A model generated the notes under the pieces. The model saw only the letters and a list, made by a program, of their open reading frames with translations, did no database searches and had not been told where the DNA came from. Both the position numbers and the translations under genes were made by a program. From a bacterium (GTDB lineage Bacteria; Hinthialibacterota; Hinthialibacteria; Hinthialibacterales; Hinthialibacteraceae), in NCBI GenBank assembly GCA_963663405.2, contig CAXXSM010000004.1, positions 1-64,000 on the forward strand: DNA of 64,000 bases, written 5' to 3'. Numbering within the stretch: position 1 is the first letter of the stretch; each line of letters opens with the position of its first letter. Of the stretch, positions 53,117 to 62,634 are shown in pieces.

Positions 53117-54528
53117 CGTAAGGTCAAAAAACTCGAATGACAATCAAGTTCTTGTAGAATGCAGACTTGAGATCGGAATTTTGAATAAATCTTGATCGAG
53201 CGTGATCCAGTCTTGTACAGTTTTGGTATGTTTCGGTCGTGAAAAGTCAACAATAGGCGGTTTGGTGGACAGACTTTCGGAATGGCTTAACTGAAGTAAA
53301 GCGCATTACGCTGCATCGCGGTAATAGTATCGTAACATACCACCGAGACGCTCACGAGATTGTATGTCACCTGAAATTCTCCCGATTTCTTCACCGGGAT
53401 CAATGATATGGTTATTCAGGCCTTGGTGGTTTCTTTCATGATGATAATGAGCAAGGAATTCGCGAACCGCATTACGCAGGGAACGGGCGCCAAAGAAAAT
53501 CATTCGGTTTAAACATTCCTCTTTTAAGGATCTATGATATCTCTCCAAATGGGAATTCAAATTCGGGCTCCGCGGTGGTAAACGGACCGGCTTCACACCG
53601 GCGTCTTTCAACAATTTTCTAAAAGCCGGACAGAATATCCCATCCCGATCCATGAGCACATAACGCATGCCATTGAGAAATCCATCTTCGGCGTCGGTTA
53701 GATTTCGTCCGATTTGCTTCATCCACGCTTCCTCAGGATTGGAGACACAACCAGCGAAATGAACGCGCCTTGTCTTGAGTTCCATCACGAAGAGCAGGTA
53801 GATGGTAATCAACCCGCCTATTGTCCAGATCTCAACCGTCGTAAAATCAATGGCGGCTAAAACGTCCCAATGAGCTTGGATAAATGTGGACCATGTTGTC
53901 TGCTGCTTGCGTGTCGGCGCCGGTTCGATTCCATGTTTCTGGAGAATATTGCCGACACTTTGATCCGAAATGTCATGACCAAGGTTGGCCAGCGCGCCTT
54001 GAATCCGGTCATAGCCCCAGGTGGGATTTTCTTGGGCCATACGGAGAACGAGTTCGATGACCTCTTGTGAGATTGGAGGGCGTCCGATCTTCTGTCGATT
54101 TTCACTATAATTCCATTTCTGAGCCACAAGTTCACGATGCCAGCGAAGAATCGTATCCGGGGTGAAAATTGTCGAGATTTCCTTCAAAATTTTCCGTCCC
54201 AGAGTTTTTCCTTTGACCGCGAGCCGGGCCCGCTGTTTATCGTTGAGTAGAATACGCTTTTTGCCTTGGACTTCGAGGAGTATATCGACCTCTGTCCGCA
54301 GAAACTCGATTACCTGTTGTTGCTCTCGATTTACCCAACCTGCAATGATGAGCAAAAAGAATTGCCATGGCTGTAAAATGAAATTCATCGTATCCCCAGA
54401 TTCAAAGTGGTGTCATAGAATCGGGGTAGGGAAGCGGTATGTCAATGGGCCGAAATCATGGATTTGTAATTTTTCCAAGTCTTTTAATCAAGGGCGGTTA
54501 CAGTTCAGTCGACTTTTTTGACCTTACG
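53117..54528 (-). mobile_element. IS with rve integrase-core transposase and CGTAAGGTCAAAAAA terminal IRs
   Basis: IR at 53117-53140 and 54505-54528, 22 of 24 match. Confidence 0.88.
53306..54388 (-). CDS. Integrase-core (DDE) transposase, IS3/IS481-like
   Basis: ENPTWGYDRIQG, AIDF, MDRD, ERYHRSLKEECL, RLGGMLRYY. Confidence 0.92.
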   Translation of the reverse strand: MNFILQPWQFFLLIIAGWVNREQQQVIEFLRTEVDILLEVQGKKRILLNDKQRARLAVKGKTLGRKILKEISTIFTPDTILRWHRELVAQKWNYSENRQKIGRPPISQEVIELVLRMAQENPTWGYDRIQGALANLGHDISDQSVGNILQKHGIEPAPTRKQQTTWSTFIQAHWDVLAAIDFTTVEIWTIGGLITIYLLFVMELKTRRVHFAGCVSNPEEAWMKQIGRNLTDAEDGFLNGMRYVLMDRDGIFCPAFRKLLKDAGVKPVRLPPRSPNLNSHLERYHRSLKEECLNRMIFFGARSLRNAVREFLAHYHHERNHQGLNNHIIDPGEEIGRISGDIQSRERLGGMLRYYYRDAA

Positions 54529-55454
54529 CCATAGTAGCGGACTTTATGGAAGCCACGGGGGAGCACATGCATCACGAAGCGCCGCAGAAATTCTTCGCCC
54601 CGCATGCGGATAGTTCGCCAATGCTTCTCTTTGAAGGTCTTGTAGCGGAACGTTACGTGGGTATCGTCCATTGCCAGAAGCCGATGGTTGGAGATCGCGA
54701 TGCGATAGACATAGCGCCCCAGGTAATTCAAGATGGCTTTCACACCTTTGCCATACGGTTTGCAGAACGAGTTCCATCCCGTATTCCAGACTTTGGCATC
54801 GATCTCCCGGAAGATATCCGGCTCCGCTTTTTCGAGCCGCTCTTTCAAGCGCCTGCGAACGAGCAAGCTGAGCGTTCCCACATCGAGGAGCCATTTCGGG
54901 TGGCGGAGTTCCATCCAAGAGTGGCCGTCCTCACTCACCCCACCGGCGCTGACTAATAGATGGACATGCGGATGCAAATCCAGATCCCCTCGCCAAGTGT
55001 GCAGCACGGTCAGGATCGCCGGGGTGGCGCCGGCGACCTTTGGATTGCGCATCAGATCCATGACACAGGAAGCCACCGTCGTCATCAGCAACCCATAGAG
55101 AATCTTTTGATGAGCCAAAAAGGCCGCTCGAATGGGCTGGGGAACTGTCACGATCACATGAAAGTAACGGCAGCCAAGCATCTGGTCTTCCCGCTTCTCG
55201 ATCCATTTCCGCATCGCCTGGGAATGACAGGACGGACAGGATCGATTGCCACACCCGTGATACACCCAGAAGTCTTCACCGCAGTCCTGACAGTGATAAC
55301 GATGCCCTCCCAGTTCCGCCGTATGGCAGGCCATGATATCGTGCAGCGCTTTGCGTTGCGACGGCAAGAGACGCTTGCCTTGTTTTTTAATGTAAGCTGG
55401 ACCGAACCGGCGAACCACGTCGCCGAGTTCGAGGTTCGATGAAGTGCAATTCAT
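54529..55454 (-). pseudogene. IS91-like HUH transposase, 3'-truncated by the IS at the RYYG motif
   Basis: CGNRSCPSC zinc finger, LHTW...HPHVH, YLGRY, HVLP.GFHKVRYYG; AGGAGG before ATG 55454. Confidence 0.88.
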
Positions 55455-56315
55455 GATTCCTCCTAACATCAGATCGGCGAACACGGCATTGACACGTTCC
55501 TGCACCTCGTGGCGAAGTGGCTCCGTCAAATGGGTGTAGATTTGGGTGGAACGAAGACTGGAATGACCGAGAAGAATCTGGACGATTCGTATGTTCTCGC
55601 CGCTCTCCAGCAATTTGGTGGCAAAGGAGTGGCGTAGCTGGTGCGGCTTGATGTCGTTTGTCAAACCGATTTCCTCGCAGGCCAAGCGGAACGCTTGACA
55701 GAGTGTCGACGCGGGGATGTGGTTAGAGCCCTTTTGGTTGGGGAACAGCCAAGTGGGATGGTGATGCGTAAACCAGAGTTCTTTCATCGGATCCAGCAAC
55801 GCGGCGGGGAGAGGAACGATTCGCTCTTTGTCATCCTTCCCAATAATACGTAGACACATTTGCTTGGAGTCGATCTTTTTGACCGGAAGCGAGACGGCTT
55901 CACTGGTTCGGAGACCGCATGTGTACATCAAAGCCAGGGCCACCCGATAGGGCGATTTCCTGACGACGGAAAGGAGGGCGCGAACCTGGGAATGGGTTAA
56001 TGGATGTGGCAGACGCTTTTGGCGGGGCTTGCGAATCTTTTTTTTGCAAACAACGGCCACCCCAGATCCAACGTGGTTTGATAGAGAAATTTCAGCGCGC
56101 TGTAGTGAACCTGAAACGTTCCGAGAGCGACTTTCTTCACGTCTCGCAATTTCAGTAAATAAATCCGGACGAGTTCCTCGCTAATGCATTCTGGCGAGCA
56201 ACCAAATTCTTGGGCGAATGAGGCGATGGCTCGGACGTATTCTTTTTGCGTGCCTTCGCTCAATCCTGCTAACGTCATGTCTTCGCGCAACAGTCCTCGG
56301 AATTCTGTTTCACCG
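55455..56315 (-). CDS. Tyrosine recombinase of the IS91-like element, split at an A8 run (56038-56045); 5' end uncertain
   Basis: SAM-like N-domain in 55997..56386; GLRTSE, HQLRHSFAT, LLGH, Y in 54498..56060. Confidence 0.82.
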
Positions 56316-56805
56316 TCGAGTAAAATCCATCGAACAACAACTGCGTGTGAGCGCGGAGGCAAAAATTGAGGAGATTCGCTCCACACGAGAATGGAAAGAA
56401 GCGGCGCTCGCGAAAGTTCTCGGACCTACTTTCATGCATCTAGAGCGAACGGAACGCGCATTTTGTCGCTGGGAGAAGAAGCAACTCTTTCTAGAGATGG
56501 AGGTTATCGGAAAATCCAACCGTTGTGTTCGGGATCTGTTATTGGATAATGCCCATCTAATACCCTTGGATCTACTTGACCATGCATCAGATTTAATACA
56601 CCATTATGACGTGTGGCTGGAGATGTTTCATGAAAAGCGAGAATCAGAAAATCCCGACCTGAACACAAAATTTATCTTTACCGGCCCAGAGGGCTATGGA
56701 TTTCCAGATGCCAGCAAAACAGCGTTCCAAAATAAATTTCACGAGTTTCGTCAGGAACTGTATGGGACAACCCAACAATCGCTTAAACTGGAAGATTCGC
56801 GCTAG
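56316..56805 (+). pseudogene. Hypothetical protein, probably 5'-truncated
   Basis: Protein-like helical ORF whose 5' part overlaps the integrase on the opposite strand. Confidence 0.45.
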
Positions 56806-57002
56806 TAACTAAATACGGTTAAGGATCAGGATACATCAATTTTTGAGCAGAAGTGATATCAATTTGAATATGAAAATAAACTAGCAATTGATTTGATATA
56901 AAAAATCCTCACAAATAATAATGACATAAATTAAACTGGTCACTGAGTTGAAATTATCCAAAGATTTATAAACCATACATTCTTACTTGGTCTAATGATA
57001 AA

Positions 57003-57482
57003 ATGCCCTCAACAAAAGACCATCAACACGCTGCATTCACGCAGAATTTCATCGAGGCGATGAAGAAACAACAATACTCTTTGGTTGGCTGTGAGATCAT
57101 GTACAACCATTACGGGGATCGGGGCGTAATTGATGTTGTACTTCGCAAAGATTATGTGGACCAGAAACGATCGACATGGTTGATCTGTGAAATGAAACCT
57201 CGGCTCTACGATATTGGTGAAACCATCCGGCAAGTTCACCGGGCGGAGGAATATTTCTGTCGCGCGCGGCCGGATATGAAGATGCAAGGTTGGGAGAATG
57301 AATATCGTTTTATCCTGGTTCTAGAAGCGGATAAGCAGAATCTGCATCAAGTCCAATGTCAGCACAGGGATCTCTTTGCTGGGATTGATGTGATGTATCA
57401 CCACAGTGATTCTCATCAGATCGATGCAATTGAACGTATGAGTGAGATCATGAATGCGATTTTGACCGTGCAAAACCACTGA
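57003..57482 (+). CDS. PD-(D/E)XK nuclease-like protein
   Basis: E....YGDRGVIDV...ICEMKP....GETIRQ. Confidence 0.65.
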   Translation: MPSTKDHQHAAFTQNFIEAMKKQQYSLVGCEIMYNHYGDRGVIDVVLRKDYVDQKRSTWLICEMKPRLYDIGETIRQVHRAEEYFCRARPDMKMQGWENEYRFILVLEADKQNLHQVQCQHRDLFAGIDVMYHHSDSHQIDAIERMSEIMNAILTVQNH

Positions 57483-57494
57483 TTTACTAACCCA

Positions 57495-58742
57495 TCAAAT
57501 TTTCGTTTGATCGATATCCAGCAAGCTAATTCTCAAAATTTTCTTCTCCAAATCCTGAATCCGCTGGGCGATCAAATAGCCTTCTTTCTTCCAGACTCTC
57601 GCTATTCGAATTTTCTTGAGCGCTTCCTCTATTCTTCCAGTCAGAAGATTTCTCATGGAATCACGCAACGATTGATTGATCGCGATTTCCCGATTCTCAA
57701 TCCTCGTTTCTAACTCCTCGATTTCCGATTCCAATCCAACCTTTTGTTGTTCATCCAGTATTTCTTTTTTCAATTTTCTTCGTTCTTTAAGACTCATTTT
57801 TTCCATCAATTGGCGCTGTTTTGCAGAAAACAGACTGGAATCCAGAGCCAGGAGACGTTCATTAAGTGTTTTGAGAGAATCCAGTGATTTCTTCAAATAG
57901 CGGTTCGATTGAAACGTCATTTGTATTTTCTGAGCGAGCAAGGATCTTGCCCGGGGATTTGCCCCATAATGTTGAATGGCAGAATCCAGTTCATCAAACG
58001 ATGCCTTTGTCTCTTTCATATTGGACAGCATTTTTTTGATTCCTGGAATACCGAGTTTCTTCAAAGAGTTCGCTTCAGTAGCTAATTCTTCATTTGGGAT
58101 TCGATTGAAATGATTTTGGGAGAGTTTGCGTAATTTGACCTTCAGAGTTTTATCCGGATTCCTTACACTCATCTTTGCAAGCGCTTTCAGCAGAAAAACA
58201 AGAAATACGATTACAAGAAAAGGATATAGAAAGGGATTGATTGTACTTGATAAGTCATACAAGTTAGGATCGATGGTTGTGACCACCAACATCGTCACAA
58301 TCAATGTCAAAAGAAAAGAGAGAATCGGATTCATTTTCAAATACAAAAAACTGTGATAGACCATAATCCCAAACAGAAACGTTAAAAGGACGATCGCCAC
58401 CGTTCCGAATGAAGAAAGAGTAAAGTGATATTTCTTTTCCACAGAGATCATGGAAAAAGCCAATGCCAATCCAATCCCCAAACTGACCGCCCTGCCCGCT
58501 CTACCCGGAAATTTCTTTCGGAGACTGAAATGAGCGATTCCAATAAAGACAAGAGCAAAGACGAAAAAATCGATGACAGTGGAATAACGAAGATAAACAT
58601 GGGTTGGATCAAAGATGGTTTCCCATGGAGTCAAAGCAGAAAATCCATTGGGAATCGACGATCTTGTGATTACCCACGCGTGATGATCTATCCCATTTGC
58701 GATTCGATTTCCAATCATGGATTCATATTTGTTCCTACTCAA
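57495..58742 (-). CDS. Membrane protein (~5 TM) with C-terminal coiled coil; start uncertain
   Basis: Hydrophobic helices in the N-half and a charged helical C-half; divergent from cdc6. Confidence 0.75.
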   Translation of the reverse strand: MSRNKYESMIGNRIANGIDHHAWVITRSSIPNGFSALTPWETIFDPTHVYLRYSTVIDFFVFALVFIGIAHFSLRKKFPGRAGRAVSLGIGLALAFSMISVEKKYHFTLSSFGTVAIVLLTFLFGIMVYHSFLYLKMNPILSFLLTLIVTMLVVTTIDPNLYDLSSTINPFLYPFLVIVFLVFLLKALAKMSVRNPDKTLKVKLRKLSQNHFNRIPNEELATEANSLKKLGIPGIKKMLSNMKETKASFDELDSAIQHYGANPRARSLLAQKIQMTFQSNRYLKKSLDSLKTLNERLLALDSSLFSAKQRQLMEKMSLKERRKLKKEILDEQQKVGLESEIEELETRIENREIAINQSLRDSMRNLLTGRIEEALKKIRIARVWKKEGYLIAQRIQDLEKKILRISLLDIDQTKI

Positions 58743-58782
58743 ATATAAATTTTACGATTGGAAATCCGTACAAAATTCGATT

Positions 58783-59038
58783 GAACTGTGAGAAGATTTC
58801 TCATGGAAACTTATTTTCGGTTGTGATATGTATGAAAAAAAATTGGATTATTGAATGTATGTTTTTGTTTTCTATATAGTAAGTAATAAAAGAAGTAACA
58901 ATTAACTTATTTTATAATTACGTTCCACAGGAAATCTTCCCTTACAGTTCTCTGTTTTCACTCTTTCAGGACAAAAGAAGATTTAAATAGTAAAAGGCTC
59001 CTTCCTATGCAGCATGAGTCAGAAGATTTCCTATGGAA
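58783..59038. promoter_or_regulatory. Candidate Orc1/Cdc6-type replication origin: inverted ORB-like boxes around an AT-rich spacer
   Basis: AGAAGATTTCTCATGGAA 58791-58808; inverted TTCCACAGGAAATCTTCC 58923-58940; AGAAGATTTCCTATGGAA 59021-59038; spacer about 20% GC by hand count. Confidence 0.65.
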
Positions 59039-60285
59039 CCGGTACATCTACCTCGACAGCGAGCACAGAATCCCTGATACAAGAAGCGTTTCTCCATATC
59101 GAAGACAAGAAAATCACGCTGAATCCTTCCTATCTCGATGACGAAAAACTGACGGAATCCGAACGGGTGACGGTTCTGCAGGAGATCTTTCAGCGCAATA
59201 TCCGCCAGCAACAACTGCATCGATTGGCCAAATACTTGTCCCCGGTGCTCGCCGGTGATTCGCCGGCCAATCTCCTGATCTACGGCCCTTCCGGGGCGGG
59301 CAAATCGGTCACCTGCCTACATTTTCTCAACGCTTTGGCTTCCATGTGCGGCGTCAAACAGATCCAGTTTCAGTATTATTATGTGGATCTCACCACTCCG
59401 AAAACTTGTTTTGGCGCCTTGAACGAGCTGGCCTTATCCCTAGATGGGACTACCAAACGGTACCGTAAGGGCATCGCGCTGGACCAGATGCAGGAGACTG
59501 TCATCCGGGCGCTGACGGCCCGCCATGATCTGGTCTGCATTGTGGTGGACGAGGTCGACAATATCACCTCCAACAGCGATCTCTTTTACACATTTTTAGC
59601 CAAAACCTTGCCCAAACGGATTCCAGTCCGCCTGTTTTACCTCTTGTTGACCAACCGGATCGAATGGGATAAAACCCTTGATCCCCGAATTCTCTCCGTG
59701 CTCAAAAAGACGGATATCATTTTTGAGCCCTACGACGCTATGGATCTAATTGAAATCTTAAATCTCCGAGTGGAGAAAGCCCTCGACACCCGGAAAGTCG
59801 ATCCCGCGGCGATCCGGAAAATCGCCGCGTACGCGTCACGGGAGAATGGCGACGCGCGCAAAGCCATCGAGTTGCTGGTCAAAGGAGTCAAAATCGCCGA
59901 AGATTCGACCGGTTATTTAGGCGTCCGTGAAGTGGACGAAGCGGATTCCTTGCTGGAGATCGACAAAACCGAACAGTTAATCCACGCTCTCGCGCCTCAG
60001 CAGAAATGCGCTCTCTTAGCCTGCTATACAGGGTTGCAAAACTCACGAGAAAAACTCTGGACCGGGCCCGCCTATGATATTTATCGATCCATTTGTGACC
60101 GGCGGAATGTGCGAACACTCACGCAGCGGCGGTTCTCCGATATCGTCAGTTTTTTGGATATCTACGGTTTGATCAACGCCCGGGTGATCTCAAAGGGGCG
60201 CTACGGAAAAACCCGGGAGCTGTCTTCCTCTCTCCCAGAAAAAGTCGTTCAGAAGGTCTTCAAGACCTGCGAACAGAATCTTTAA
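59014..60285 (+). CDS. cdc6: Orc1/Cdc6-family AAA+ replication initiator
   Basis: NLLIYGPSGAGKS, VVDEVD, LDPRI.S, FEPYDA.DL.EIL..R, GDARKAIELL, and wHTH TQRRFSD....L...GLINARV.SKGRYGKTR. Confidence 0.9.
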   Translation: MSQKISYGTGTSTSTASTESLIQEAFLHIEDKKITLNPSYLDDEKLTESERVTVLQEIFQRNIRQQQLHRLAKYLSPVLAGDSPANLLIYGPSGAGKSVTCLHFLNALASMCGVKQIQFQYYYVDLTTPKTCFGALNELALSLDGTTKRYRKGIALDQMQETVIRALTARHDLVCIVVDEVDNITSNSDLFYTFLAKTLPKRIPVRLFYLLLTNRIEWDKTLDPRILSVLKKTDIIFEPYDAMDLIEILNLRVEKALDTRKVDPAAIRKIAAYASRENGDARKAIELLVKGVKIAEDSTGYLGVREVDEADSLLEIDKTEQLIHALAPQQKCALLACYTGLQNSREKLWTGPAYDIYRSICDRRNVRTLTQRRFSDIVSFLDIYGLINARVISKGRYGKTRELSSSLPEKVVQKVFKTCEQNL

Positions 60286-60521
60286 TCGTTCATTACCGGA
60301 AACAATGAATGTTCCATTTTCTCAATGGTTCGTAAGGTGGACCGAAGAGTGGTTTCTTCGAACCGGATCTCTGATGAATTCTTTTGAGGATTTCGGTGTA
60401 ATTTATTTAAGCGATTGCGACTCGCATCAACCATATTGCGCAGATCTCTGATTCTCTGAATAGTAATCCAATCCAGTGGTTCACTCACTAAAAAAGTCCG
60501 GTCTTCAAAGCAGGGATTCAT
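60282..60521 (-). CDS. Hypothetical protein
   Basis: ATGA-coupled to 60518..60826. Confidence 0.55.
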   Translation of the reverse strand: MNPCFEDRTFLVSEPLDWITIQRIRDLRNMVDASRNRLNKLHRNPQKNSSEIRFEETTLRSTLRTIEKMEHSLFPVMND

Positions 60522-60826
60522 GGTAGACGGTTAGGGATCGATGGATGGGGAGGAGACTGTGTCGGCTGATATCCTGACTCTGGTTTCTTGAGTATGAGCA
60601 CCTCATAAGACTTTTTAAGAACCAGGATCGCCTTGGGGATATCATTGATATCAAGCCGGTGTGTGCTTTTAAAATGACCGCTTTCATCCTTGTAGATCCG
60701 TTCCACCGCGACTTTCGCGCTGGTAAACGATTTACCATCGGTGGATTGATGTGGATTCATCCAGATAGCGGCGCGAACCGCCCCGGCTTTAAATTCCATC
60801 TCCGGTTTAGCGGCTATTCCATTCAT
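60518..60826 (-). CDS. Small putative ssDNA-binding (PC4/whirly-like) protein
   Basis: P...FKAGAVRAAIW.N...V.VERIYKD..G.FKST..L..NDIPKA.LVL.K.YE; function inferred. Confidence 0.6.
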   Translation of the reverse strand: MNGIAAKPEMEFKAGAVRAAIWMNPHQSTDGKSFTSAKVAVERIYKDESGHFKSTHRLDINDIPKAILVLKKSYEVLILKKPESGYQPTQSPPHPSIPNRLP

Positions 60827-60981
60827 GGTTCATCACCGTATTCCGGTTGTCTTTTGGGCGTGAATCGCCGTTTACAGGATTTGCATTGGCGAATTCGAAC
60901 GCTTCCTTCTTTCAATTTACGATAGCCCCGCCAAATAGTGTTTGACGATGAACAATAAGGACATTCAAATAGTTCTTCCAT
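60823..60981 (-). CDS. 52-aa zinc-ribbon protein (InsA-N-like), absent from the ORF track
   Basis: MEELFECPYCSSSNTIWRGYRKLKEGSVRIRQCKSCKRRFTP; GGTGAT upstream; ATGA overlap with next gene. Confidence 0.7.
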   Translation of the reverse strand: MEELFECPYCSSSNTIWRGYRKLKEGSVRIRQCKSCKRRFTPKRQPEYGDEP

Positions 60982-61078
60982 ACTTGATCACCTGTAAAAC
61001 AATAGGTCTCGACATCTATATAAACCTTTCGTTTTTCCAACCGAAACATCTATATGCTTTGCGCATATCCTCAATAAC

Positions 61079-61852
61079 ATGATCATTACACGAAGGAATC
61101 CAAATCCTCTGATTGCGGCGATCGATCGTGTTCACGATCGAGTGACAACAATCCAGACCATTGCGCGGAATTTTTACTTGGCAGTGCTGCGGATGCGCTA
61201 CCGGTGCCCCCACTGCGGCCAAAAAATGAAGGTTCACTCTCCTACGACATGGCGATGTTCCTGTGGCGTTCAACTCGATCCGACAATCGAGTTTCAACCA
61301 AGCCCCTGTTGCAAAGCCAGGTTAACGAAGAAAGTGTATCATTACGTCTGTACGCAATGCGGCGCTGCGGTTCCGTCCAAATTTCTCTTCGATGAAAGGC
61401 TGTTCGACGCGGACTATTTCAGAGAGCGGATGAAAGAATCACGGGAACGGAAACAACAACTCCGGGAGAGGCTGAGAAAACAACTTGCTGATTCCCGCTC
61501 GAAAGAACTGGAATTGGAGGATTATCCCCAATTGGACACCATCCCAGGATTGGAACAAGATTTAAACCGGTTGATTGGAACCGAATCGGGGAATGATGTG
61601 TTTGCGTTTAATCGTTCGGAGACGTTCTGCATGACCGATTATCACCGAGCCATTTCCACTCTTGTCAACCAGCGCGGTGTGCTCTTTTCACAAATCCCCG
61701 CGTTGCATCCTTCCACACCGAAGGATCGAATCTGGCGGTTTATCACCTTGATTTTCATGGAACATGACCGGGAAGTCCATTTGCGGCAAGAGGGGGATGA
61801 TATCTGGGTGTTCAAACGGGATTGCGATGAAGAGATCGAAAACCTTAAATAG
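61079..61852 (+). CDS. Multi-zinc-ribbon protein with ScpA/kleisin-like C-terminal winged helix
   Basis: CPHC, CSC, PCC, CTQC; C-terminal RIWRFITLIFMEH..EV.L.Q...DIWV. Confidence 0.65.
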   Translation: MIITRRNPNPLIAAIDRVHDRVTTIQTIARNFYLAVLRMRYRCPHCGQKMKVHSPTTWRCSCGVQLDPTIEFQPSPCCKARLTKKVYHYVCTQCGAAVPSKFLFDERLFDADYFRERMKESRERKQQLRERLRKQLADSRSKELELEDYPQLDTIPGLEQDLNRLIGTESGNDVFAFNRSETFCMTDYHRAISTLVNQRGVLFSQIPALHPSTPKDRIWRFITLIFMEHDREVHLRQEGDDIWVFKRDCDEEIENLK

Positions 61853-62219
61853 AACATCTATCCAAGAGATAAATGTGAAACTAACACAAAAGGATTTGGA
61901 GTTTATTCAACGGTTGAAAGGTCTGTTTGAGGAGAACGATCTGTCGATCGAGCTGAAGCAGACCGATCCGAAGACGTTGGTGTTGCGAAAAAATTACGGG
62001 ACGAAAATAGAGCGCGCGTTTGGCATGACGCGCCAGGGAATCCGATGGAGGTTCCAACGGTTATTCAATGATATTTACGTGAACGCGTATACAACGATCT
62101 ATTGGTTAGAATCCAATTTTGGCTCATACCTACGATCTCAGGCGCTTGAAATCGCGAAAGAACGAGTGACATTACGCAAACGAGTCAATCATGCCAATCA
62201 ATCCTACCGCCCCAAATAA
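61827..62219 (+). CDS. Hypothetical HTH-containing protein (alternative GTG start 61875)
   Basis: IERAFGMTRQGIRWRF. Confidence 0.6.
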   Translation: MKRSKTLNRTSIQEINVKLTQKDLEFIQRLKGLFEENDLSIELKQTDPKTLVLRKNYGTKIERAFGMTRQGIRWRFQRLFNDIYVNAYTTIYWLESNFGSYLRSQALEIAKERVTLRKRVNHANQSYRPK

Positions 62220-62220
62220 A

Positions 62221-62634
62221 ATGGCTTCGACAAAAATCGAGATCAATCACAACACGATAGCCCGGTTAGAATCCGCGGATGAGTTGGCGAGAATTCTCTT
62301 TCCAGATAACTCTAATCATCAAAAGATTTTTCTATCGATCTTTGTGGAACTGAAATGGGCCAAGGATCAGTTCTTGCCGGTCCTGGATCCCATCGTGGAT
62401 CAACTGGGACTGAGCCGCCGGAGTTTGGAAACGGTTCGCGCCAAAATGCGGCGAATGGGGCTGATCGATCATGTCTCCCGGTTCAACAAAACCTACGGCT
62501 ATCGGGAAGGCTGGGTGTTTTCAAACAAATTTCCCCGGGCCTTAGTGAAAGTGGCCAATTTAGTTCTAAAATTCCGTGAGAAGAAGGATTCCGTCCAGGA
62601 ACAGAAAGAAAGGGATCTGATATTTTACCTTTGA
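62221..62634 (+). CDS. Winged-HTH protein
   Basis: IVDQLGLSRRSLETVRAKMRRMGLID. Confidence 0.65.
   Translation: MASTKIEINHNTIARLESADELARILFPDNSNHQKIFLSIFVELKWAKDQFLPVLDPIVDQLGLSRRSLETVRAKMRRMGLIDHVSRFNKTYGYREGWVFSNKFPRALVKVANLVLKFREKKDSVQEQKERDLIFYL

Noticed and set aside
56770-56825. Integron attC site (ACCCAAC AATCG CTTAAAC)
   Set aside because: Looks like a left half only; no complementary L'/R' boxes and no intI
59014-60285. Whole window being archaeal because of cdc6
   Set aside because: Peptidoglycan endolysin, lipoprotein and bacterial IS and defence genes indicate a bacterial host, and the 35 kb/63.7 kb paralogy links both sides; a chimera cannot be fully excluded
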